Shown piece by piece: positions 1 to 13,721 of a stretch of DNA of 20,000 nucleotides; positions within the stretch are counted from its first letter, which is position 1; every line of letters begins with the position of its first letter. The position numbers and the translations under genes were made by a program. The stretch is from Atractiella rhizophila (taxonomy: Eukaryota): assembly GCA_021432655.1 (NCBI GenBank), contig MU271193.1:85176-105175 (forward strand), written 5' to 3'. The notes under the pieces are model-generated. The model saw only the letters and a list, made by a program, of their open reading frames with translations. It had not been told where the DNA came from and ran no database searches.

Positions 1-7
1 CATGTAG

Positions 8-4427
<4,420 letters not shown>

Positions 4428-4958
4428 AGATTTCTCGCAACACAACTCAAACAGAACATCAGTGCGTCGACTTGAGTCAACTTATCTTGAATCAGAGACT
4501 ATAGACAAATATATTTGCCTTCCACTGCATTGCAGAGACGTTCATCTCTCAAGAAGGAGGCTGACACGACATTGATCTACAGTTGTTGAGCTGCTGGTCT
4601 ACAAACTTTCTTGGGATAAGAGTGTACAGAACCCGCCAACCAACAGCAAGTCATTCAGCACGCTTTGAATGCTCCTTGCGCTGCGCTCAAGTTTGAGCTC
4701 ATTGCTGTGCCATCACTTGGGAACACAGTCTTCACGAGAGACGGAATTGATTAAAAGCCTGAAAATACAGGAGAGCAAATTGCCTGACAAGAACTGCACG
4801 GCCTCGAACCGAGCTGGCGTTTTGATAGGTTTGCTAGTGCGTATTAATCTGTCCCCGAGAAATGTTTTGATGACTGCTTTGGACATGAGAGGCAGTTTTA
4901 TTACACGACTCTGAGATCGTAATGTAATATCCAAGTTCGAAATGATACATTGCGGACT

Positions 4959-6331
4959 TCAGGCTTTTGTAAAGAGCTGTCCAACCTTGGAGAGGGTACC
5001 TGGAACGCGATCAATTTCACCTCTTCAAAAATGAAAAGAGCGGATAAAACCGTACCATCGTTGTTGTACAGGCATGACCCTGTGCCGACGACGTTATTGG
5101 CGGCGTTGGCATCGTTGGCCTTCAACAGGTTTGGAGTGGTGGCAATGAACGGAAAGTACCTGATCGTCCTGGTCACCCGTTGTTCCCCTTTGGAAATCGC
5201 TAGACGACTTACATTTCAACATAAGCCTGACTATCGAGCCATGCAAATGCCTTCGTGTAGAAATTAATCCTGTCACAGCGACTTCAGGTGGTTATGGTCT
5301 GACAGACATGACACCCACTGAGCCTGTTGACCACCAGCAGGTTTGTTCAGGGCAAATTCGGTGATAGCGATTTTGTAGCTCTACAAAGGGATTTGTAAGG
5401 CGTATGCTTTAGATTGCTGAGAAATGATGAGCAAAATCGTACCGGGAACTGTTTGTGCGCGTTCTGGACGTGCGCCTTGAAGTCATTCAAAGTTGCACCG
5501 TACCAATGCTACAACTCATTGTTAAGATGGAGGGATACGGTTTGCGCTAGACAGAGTGACTACGCACGAGATTGATCCACTTCGCAGGACACTTTCCATT
5601 GCATGCGCTGATGAATTGACGCAGCCAGTTCAGTCCTTGGCCAGCTGCATTAGAATTGGTGACTGCAGGAAAAGCCTTTGCCACTTTCTGCATCACTCAA
5701 TCAGCCCATAGCCGTAAATCGAATTTATCATAATCTGACGGACCAAAGGAGTAATGTTCTTCTTGTACCACGTCGCGGCGCTGGCTGGACTGATACCGTT
5801 AATGTCGGGCTCGTTCAGAGTGAAAAGTTCTTTCGGAAAGCATCGTCAGTGAATGTCGAGGAGAGGAGGATGGTGCGACGTACTCTTCCACTTCTGATCA
5901 TTCAAGCGAGCCTTCAATTGTCCAATCGGGCTAGAATCGCAATCCAAGCATCGCTGCATGCCGATAAATTCCAGACCTTGTTACCATCGTTCTTAAACTG
6001 CCTCTTCGAGAAGGAGAGAGCTTACCTCCTGCTCCATTCGTCGAAGGAGGTTGATATGTCTCATAGTCCTACACGGAGATTCAGTAAAGCAAAATAGAGG
6101 CTACTCGAGGCGACGAACGTAAATGTAGGAGACTTTGTTCTTGTGGAGTTTGCCAGGATTCAAGCTCCCGTTGTCTGTGTGTGCGTGCTCACTCTCAGCT
6201 CATCTTCATGGAAGTTGAAGGAAGGAAAGCTCACACCAAGCCCAGCACGCTCCTCGTTTACCAGCAGCTTGGACAAATGGAAGACTGAAGAGAATGGATG
6301 AAATGACAGTAAAAAAGAGAGAGATTTGCAT
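4959..6331 (-). CDS. Secreted glycoside hydrolase family 128 (beta-1,3-glucanase, Lentinula GLU1-like), 274 aa, 11 exons
   Basis: Exons 6331-6235, 6174-6119, 6068-6026, 5976-5884, 5829-5744, 5687-5568, 5508-5443, 5380-5319, 5269-5213, 5159-5056, 4999-4959; all introns GT-AG; 825 nt in frame. Signal peptide MQISLFFTVISSILFSLPFVQA, then GKRGACWAWYN, IYDYETY, FIGMQ, LNEPD (acid/base Glu), INLHWYG, ITEFAL (nucleophile Glu), YFPFIATTP and VGTGSCLY, all typical GH128 motifs. Confidence 0.93.
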
Positions 6332-6957
6332 GGTGTTGGGTTGGGATGGAGAGAGTGGTTGGTTCCAGTTCGATGATGGGCGACAAGGATCGAAAGCGTG
6401 GTCCTTATGAAGGCGAAGCGGTCCTTACAGGTTTCACATACAAGGAGAGGAGACGGTTGCGATTGTGAAACACATGGAGGAGGTCGCACTCTATTGATTG
6501 TGCCTGTCCTGTGTCCACTGTCCACTCCGTTGTCGATGTCAACAGCCAAGGGACAGCGTCCGGAAGCCTCAATATTTTCCCACCTTAACTCGTAACTTGG
6601 CCAGGACCTAGCGGAATAAAATAGGTAGGTCGATAGCTGAAGCTAAACATTGACATATAATTGACAATGAGTATCGACAGTGGGAACGACCGACCAAAAA
6701 AACCAATGAAGCAATTCAACGACCGAGAAAGCAAAAAAGCGGTCCTGGATCATCCCATCTCATCAATGAGATGAGGAGGGGCAGAAGTCAAACCGAAGCC
6801 AGGGTCACTTGTGTTTTAAGGGTGAATTTTTTGGACAGGGGAATCGAACCGAGCAAGGACAGAAAAAGAATGAAGCAAAGATTTCCAAGTCCGATTGAAA
6901 GGCAGGTATACCGGCACAGGTATCACCATCCCATCCTTTGACGTTTGATGGGAGTGT

Positions 6958-8129
6958 TTAAAGTACTTTGGGTCCGTAGATCTTTTTCTGTTCACAGGGA
7001 GAGAATCAGTTCGGTAGAAGAGATGTTACAGGGAGGGCTTGAAAACGTACAATCGCGGTGGTGTACTTCTTGAAAGGTTGGGGAACCTGCTTCACCTGAA
7101 TGTTGTTGACCAATCTGTCACACAAACACAACAGAAACCCGTCAGCATCCCATCCAAAGCAAGCAAGGGGAACGGAAAGAAGAAAAAGAAAAAAAAACGC
7201 ACCCAACATCAAGGGAATAAAGAGCAGAGAAAGCAGCCTTTGTAAGGTCGACGTGCTTGCTTCCCTTTGCACATCCAGCGCAGGTATCGATCTTGCGGAC
7301 GATGACTGACTTCTTGCCATTGGTGGAGCGGAGCTGCAGATATCCATAAATATCGCTTCTTCAGAATCCAAAAAAAGCGAACCTTCATGTAAGTACCACA
7401 TTTAGGAGCGCCGGACCAGCCATTGAGGGTCGTGGCCGCGATGAGAGATTTGTCAGTGGGAGTGAAGCCGGATTTCTGAGAGAATAGTCAGGACTGTGGA
7501 TAGAGAGCCTATAAGGGACGAACATCACAGCAGCTAAAATGCAGTTCAGTCATGGACATCTCAGTACAAGGAAACAAAAACTGACTTGGGGTACTTCAAA
7601 TCATATCCGGTATACCAAGTGATCCTCGCCTCTATGACAAATCATTTCACACCCATTCCATATCCGTCGAAGAAATTCACATACTGAAGCTGAATCCCCT
7701 CTTGACGGTCTTGACCATGCTCTTCAAATCATTCCAGCTCCTGGGGAAATGAAGCTCTCCCCTCTCGTCAAGGTGCATCTCGACCTCCCTTCTCGCGACA
7801 TCCCTGACTGGGCTCGAATCCACCGAATATGCCCTCTTAATGAGCGAGCTTTGTTCAACGGGCGAAACATCGTGATCGAAGACCATCATTCCGTGAGTAT
7901 CAATATCCTCCCATCCATCCTCCTCTGGATCAACGTCGTGGATAAATTCCGAGTAGTCATGGTCCTGAGGCTCGTAGTCCGAGTCGTCCGTGTCGACCGA
8001 GAGAGCGTTGGAGCCATCAGCGCTTGTGACATTAGAAGCAATGGCACGGGAAATCTGAAGGTGTTTGATGTTGGACGCGTTAACAGCGATGGCGAGCGCA
8101 GAAACGAGGAAAAGAGCTGATTGCCTCAT
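6958..8129 (-). CDS. Secreted RlpA-like double-psi beta-barrel (expansin-related/loosenin-like) protein with acidic pro-region, 272 aa, 7 exons
   Basis: Exons 8129-7685, 7631-7586, 7533-7524, 7475-7383, 7333-7203, 7114-7051, 6987-6958; 819 nt in frame. Signal peptide MRQSALFLVSALAIAVNA, D/E-rich region ending in KR, then ARITWY...CC...LIAA...KCG...SVIVRKIDTCAGC...HVDLTKAAFSALYSLDVG, which fits the fungal DPBB pattern (VxxxDxCxGC, DLS/TxxAF). Confidence 0.87.
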
Positions 8130-10265
8130 CTTGAAAAAATTTCGTTGTAATTTTTTGTTGTGAGTTACAAAAGAGTGTAGAAAAGGTCGCTCTTGCTTTG
8201 TCAGGTCAAAGGGAGAGCTGAGGAGGTTGGGATGGTTGTTAAGGGGGAATCATTCACGGACACTGACCCAATGGTTTTATTGACTTCGGTGCTTTCCAAA
8301 CGTAAGAGGTCCGCGGAACCTTTTCTTGGGACCGTCAAGGCCTAACGGAAGAGGGGAGGAAGCATATCATTTTTTTGTATCCACTCTTTCGTCATGCATA
8401 CTTCCTGCATACTCCATGCATAAACTGAGGTATTCCACCCATTTCGCTCAGGTTTAGAAGCTCCAAAGGCACGATGAGCAGGAATCGACATGGTGCGAAT
8501 GTAGGACATCCGCTATTTTGGGATTATTCGGATTTTTCAGACGCCGAGATGCCGCATGGAACCAAAAGTTTCTTCAGACAAAAAGGCGAGAAGGAAACAA
8601 GAGGCTGACCACTTCCTTCAATTATTTCATGGGGGAGCTCATAGCAACTGTGGAAGAAAGCGACAGGCTGTATAAAAATAGTTTACAGTTGAGGCTTCCA
8701 GATTTCAGCCAGTGGCAAAGTTGCAGGTCCGAGAGCGCGTCTTTCCTGCGTTCTTTGAAATGAAGACAGAGGTTCGAAGAGGCTAGAATGCATTGTGGCT
8801 ATTCTTAGAGCTTATGCATGGTTTCAGCACTGCACTTCGTCGTGGGTCACGTATTCAGCGGGCAGCCGCTTTGCGAAAGGCAAAGAAGTGTCGGGTGAGA
8901 AGGACCTACCTTCTAAGATGCTGGAGCTCATTGGGTACAGTATCGAGGCTGCAGAGCCCAATGATCCGATCAATCTCAGCCTGTAAACGTCTGGTGAAAC
9001 AGTTCGATGTTCACACAACTGGTTCTGGTTGGCGCCGTGGATCTGTCTGACATTACATTCCGTTGCAATATAAATGAGTTCGAAATTGCATCTGGGATTC
9101 AAAGTGCGATGTTCAACGTTCATCGTTAAAATTCATTCATTACCTCATAAGTAGTCCTTTCCAAATTCATTCGCAGACAGTCCTAGGCGTGAATCCCTCC
9201 TTTGGATATCCAGGACTGGTTTTTGCGATATTACAGCAATATGAATATCTGGACGCGCAGTCAACTCAAAGCCGCAGTTGACATCAAAGCAGTTGGTAGT
9301 GGGATGGTCATCAGCATGTGCGACGGCCTGAGAGCAGGGGCTCTGTGAGACTTGCCGCCTTGTCCTCGGAGGATCAGTTTGCAGGCATCGAGCCATTGTT
9401 GCGATATGTCTTTGTGGAATGACGGGATCTGCAAAGGGTTGAGAGCAAGCACCACCTCCACCACCATGACATTTACGATTAGAAGTCAAAATCTCAAGTT
9501 CACTAAATTGCTTCAATGAAATAGGAGGTGTGTCAGCGCTTCACAGTAACCTATGGTCTGTAATTAAATAACGAACCACAGTCGCAGTATGCCACTTTAT
9601 GGGACAAGACCTTTCAGTCTAATTGATTGATCGCGTGCCTCTCAAGGCAGACGCTGCGACCTTTTTGGATACTGTTTCGTGACAACAATCTGATGCAGGT
9701 CCAAAAGCCCAAGGAGAGCGTCCTTCACCCTGGAGTAGTACAGTACCTTTTACAGTGGGACTACTTTCAGGCTGCTTTCAACAAACGTAGCTACGCAGTC
9801 TGTTTCAGTCTCAACAGGAGATCAAGGTACAATGGTACTGGTACTTGGACATAGATGCATATGCACGCCATCCCCTACACATCCGTTTCAGAGAAGAACA
9901 TACAGTAGTATCTTAAAAAAACAAGCACTCCATCATAACCCTCATCGTTGCCTTGAAAAAGCCACATTCGCTCCTCGTTGCGTGGAGGGTTGCAGACATC
10001 GAGTCAATGGAAAAAGAGACGACAGAAGCATTAGGGGAGCGGGAAGCAAAGCAGATTTGCAAGACAGTTGCGTGCAGAGTTATGTAAATGAGGGCGGATG
10101 AGCAGTTGCATGCTCCCTCCTTAAGAACAAGGCGGTCGGCAAAAGACGCGTCTTGGCCAAACGCGTCCGAGCGCCTCAAGCTTAAACCAAGCTTTACCAA
10201 CCCCAGCCTGAGCAAGGGCTGAACGAGGACTCTCCTAGCTGAGCGGTACCTTAGACAGACGCAGG

Positions 10266-12357
10266 ATGCCGAATGAAAGCAACTCTCTCGACCTTTCTTT
10301 GGATGGCCGTAAGCCGCAAAGACAGAAGCATAAGAAGACTGCGACGACTTTCCCCAAAATCTGGAACGATTTCTTGCGGTTTAGCTGGGAGGATGGAGAG
10401 GGTGCGCCTTCTGTCTTATAGCTTAGACGGTGTGCGGGTTCGTTGACTGTTGTTTCGTCTTGGGATTAGTGGCGGAGGGGTTGTTAACACTTGACGGAAT
10501 GGTTGGTGAAGGCTGGATACTATCTCCGTTCGCATCCTTCTCCTAAATTCTCGTTCTAAGCTCAAACATGCCTTAAGAGAGCAAATTCACATCCTCCTCT
10601 CGCTCCTCCTACATCCCCCCGCTCCGAACTCCAACTCGATATCGTCCACTTCCTCCGCAAGTTCCCTTACCCAAGCATCAACTCCAGGTTCTGCACTCCG
10701 CCTCCTACGACGAATACTTGCCGTAAACGGCGCAGAAGCCATCCTACGCGCCGTCCCCAGCTACTCAGCAAAAGAAGGGGAAGAGCACACTCGACGAGAC
10801 GTCTTAGAGTGGAACGTTCGATGCATGTCAGGTCTTGAAGACGTCAAAGAAGGAGAAGAGCCGCCGGACCCATTTGCTGCTCCTAAAGAGGTGGACATCT
10901 CTTACTTCGTTGTCGCGGATTCTTCCGGTCCTAAAACTAGCGCAACGGAAGGTAGAGGGAACGACTCGGACGCTGAAGACCATCTTCCAGCAGCTACATT
11001 TTCCGATCGACAGCTGCGCTCCTCGCTGCGTCCAGCTGCAAAAAGGGGGATGGGTAGAAGTGTTGGAAAGGACAAAGGAAGCAATGATGACGATGAAGTG
11101 GAGAAGATAGGTCCTCTGATAAGAGCAGGATGGAGGGTAAGAGATGCTGAGAATGTGTGGGACATCTTGGCTGGGAAGGCAGGGAGAGCAAAAGAGAGAA
11201 GGGAAGGTGTGGTGATTTGGAATACACCGGATGATGGCCGAGAGGATGGTTGGAAAGCTTTAGAGTTCTTTGTGGAGTGTTGGGAGTGGGACAGTGGCCG
11301 CGCTTTCAAGAATGGGAAAGGTTGTCCTCGCGTCCACTCTTACGACTTGACGATTGGACTGACATGTGGATGTTGACGGCTGTAGGCATCAAGACGCCGT
11401 ACTCCAATTGGTTGCTCCGCCAATTCATGCCTTCAGCAGGTTCAAGGAAACGAACGACGAATATGAATAAAGCGCTCGATATCGTGTTCCTTCCTTTCCT
11501 GAAAACCAGCTCTACTTTAGAAATCGGAAAAGAATATTCGACCATTCGAAAAAGGCAGCTGAGCATGCGGCTACTAAGCCTTGTGAGTGGTCTCCTTCGA
11601 TTGATGCTTGGTGGTTGAAGACAAACAGCTCGTAGATCTCTGCACCGCAAACCTCCTAGACGGTGCCACTCTCACATCTTCAATACTCACCTCCTTGCGT
11701 TCCCTTCCATCGTCCTCTTTCCGCTCTTTCCTCTCACTCCTCCCCAGCCCTCCATTTCTCTATCACTTAACAACCTCCTACCTCTCTTCCTTCTCCCTCC
11801 CTCCCTCCGCCTCCACACTCACGCCAAACCTCTCCCAGCCTTCTCCATCACCCAGTCCGCGAAAAGCAAGTCTCACAAAAGAATCGAGCGGGATGATAGT
11901 GGACACACCTCGGAAGGCATGGACGGAGCTCAGGAATGGGAAGAATATCAAAGAGAGATACCTCTCGAGAACACCAATCGAAATTGGTGCAGCCCAAGCC
12001 GCTCAGAGACAGATGAGCGGAGACGGCGATAAAGAGGCTGAAGAAGAAGAGAAAATGGACGTCGATGTGCCGCCCCCAGAAGAGAAAAAAGCTCGAAAAG
12101 TCCCACGACGTCGCGCTCAGGCAGCACAAGAAGCACAGTCGAATTTGAGCGTGGAAGAGAAAGCGCAGATGGGGAGGGAACGGCATGCTTTGGTCAAGAT
12201 GGCGCTGGTAAGGAGCGCGGTGGAGATGGGGAAGGGTCGGTGGGTGGTGGACGAGGAGGGGATTGCGGACGATATTTTGGGAGGTTTGGAAGGGGAGGAA
12301 TGGAGGGAGGTCATCGTTGCTTCCTTAGAGGCATGGAAGGCACGAGTTGCGGACTGA
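10266..12357 (+). CDS. Uncharacterised protein, ~620 aa, helical core with Ser/Pro-rich and acidic low-complexity inserts; 5 exons proposed
   Basis: Proposed exons 10266-10401, 10470-10527, 10578-11320, 11386-11582, 11629-12357 join in frame (1863 nt) through GT-AG introns and link ORF-track pieces 10825-11376, 11250-11618 and 11608-12357. The frame is open back to 10578. The first two exons are less certain. Confidence 0.72.
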
Positions 12358-12573
12358 TTGTTTTACGTGGAACTTGTGAATATCACCCTGCGACATTTCC
12401 TCCTCTTCTATCATCATGATTTTATCGTTGGCTCCTAACAGAACCCTCGTGAGATGGGCAGTCGATGCAAAGTTCGATTTCACACATGAATATAGGTATA
12501 AATCGATTCATTCCAAGAGTAATTTATGAGCTAGGCTGAATTTTGTCCGCCCTCCTCACTTTTTACAGGGGCA

Positions 12574-13648
12574 TCAGTTGCTAAGTGCCTCTTTATACCT
12601 CTGCTCCGCCTCTTTCCAATTGACCACATTCCAAATAGCCTTCAGGTAATCCGGCTTCACGTTCTTGTACTGTTAGCAGGCACCATCAGACCCAACCAAT
12701 CACAGAGCGGTACAGACGAAAGGGAGAGAAGGATGGGATGAAGGGAAAGACGAACCTGAAGGTAATAGCTGTGCTCCCACATATCAATGCCCACGATCGG
12801 GATGTGACTCGTCAAAGGGTCCTGGTTCCCAGTCGTCGTTATTTCGAGCTGTTTGGTGACCGGGTTCAATCCCTATATGTCAACACGTCAGCATCCGTTC
12901 AGAGATGGTTCAGGATGGAAGCAGGAGGGGGGACGAACGAGCCAGCACCATCCCGAGCCTTGAATGGCGGCCGCGGTGGGGTTGAATTTGGACTTGAGAG
13001 CGTCGAGAGAGCCAAAGCTGGTTTTGATTGCGTTTGACAGATCCCCTAGTACTTTATCGTCAGTGGTGTTGTCCGATGCCTGACACTGGGATGAAGCATA
13101 CCAGGTGCAAGTTCTCCACCACCCTTGGAAGTGGGAGCGAGGATCTTCCAGAAGAAAGTGTGATTGATATGTCCTATCCCGATCCCACAGTCTCAGCATC
13201 ATATATCCAAACCAACATTGGAAGGGAAGAAAGGAAGGAACACCGACCTCCACCGTTGAATTTGAGTGCTGACTGCAAAGCAATCTGCTTTTTGATATCA
13301 CCTTTGGCTGAAGCCTCAGCATATTGCTCTTCAGCGGCATTCAAGCCAGTCACGTAGCTGTTCCCCAACGTGAGAATCAGTTATCACATTTTTCGGCAGG
13401 TATGAAGAACTTACGTCTGGTGATGCTTCGTGTGGTGAAGCTCCATAATCTGAGCACTAACATGAGGCTCGAGTGCCTGTCCCACGGCTGGCGTCAATAC
13501 GACCAAAGGAAACGAGACACAAACGCACCCCATAATCATATGCCAGGTCTGGGACCGTGTGTTTTCCTCGCACTTGGCCGGCCGCCTGAGAGTGCAGTGG
13601 AGAGAAGGCGCGAGACACGCGGGGGAGGGAAGTTCGTAGCAAAGACAT
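12574..13648 (-). CDS. SOD2: Mitochondrial manganese superoxide dismutase, 227 aa, 7 exons
   Basis: Exons 13648-13529, 13476-13415, 13357-13248, 13173-13102, 13045-12939, 12872-12756, 12669-12574 (684 nt). Arg/Ser-rich presequence [15 protein letters not shown], then [49 protein letters not shown] and [13 protein letters not shown]. All four metal ligands are present, with the Mn-type GGGH/NQD signatures. Confidence 0.97.
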
Positions 13649-13700
13649 TTTGCAGAATATTTGAGAAGAATACGAAGGTGAGGTGGGCTGAGTGGTAAGG

Positions 13701-13721
13701 TTTTATATAACGTGACGTCAT
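13701..13721 (-). promoter_or_regulatory. SOD2 core promoter: TATA box plus CRE/ATF palindrome
   Basis: The minus strand reads ATGACGTCACGTTATATAAAA: TGACGTCA at 13713-13720 and TATATAAAA at 13701-13709, about 55 nt upstream of the ATG. Confidence 0.65.

Noticed and set aside
4428..4958. Short ORFs (4669-4914, 4713-4934) between the ABC and GH128 genes
   Set aside because: They lie in the convergent 3' region, have no recognisable motifs and no consistent splice model.
6790..6900. Possible tRNA gene around GGTTCGATTCC
   Set aside because: No T-stem, acceptor stem, anticodon arm or A-box can be formed; kept only as an orphan B-box finding.
6757..6953. Small hairpins (CATCTCAT/ATGAGATG; TCCCATC/GATGGGA) downstream of the DPBB stop
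   Set aside because: Stems of 7-8 bp are expected by chance, and bacterial-type terminators do not apply to a fungal locus.
7039..7309. Lys-rich plus-strand ORFs with a poly-K tract
   Set aside because: They are the antisense of a T-rich intron (7202-7115) of the DPBB gene.
8518..10215. Scattered 60-120 aa ORFs in the divergent intergenic region, considered as a gene or transposon relic
   Set aside because: No transposase, RT or other domain motifs, no terminal repeats seen, and I could not build a coherent exon chain.
11690..12340. Strong pyrimidine-rich then purine-rich strand skew
   Set aside because: Explained by Ser/Pro/Leu-rich then Glu/Gly/Arg-rich coding in the last exon of the uncharacterised gene.
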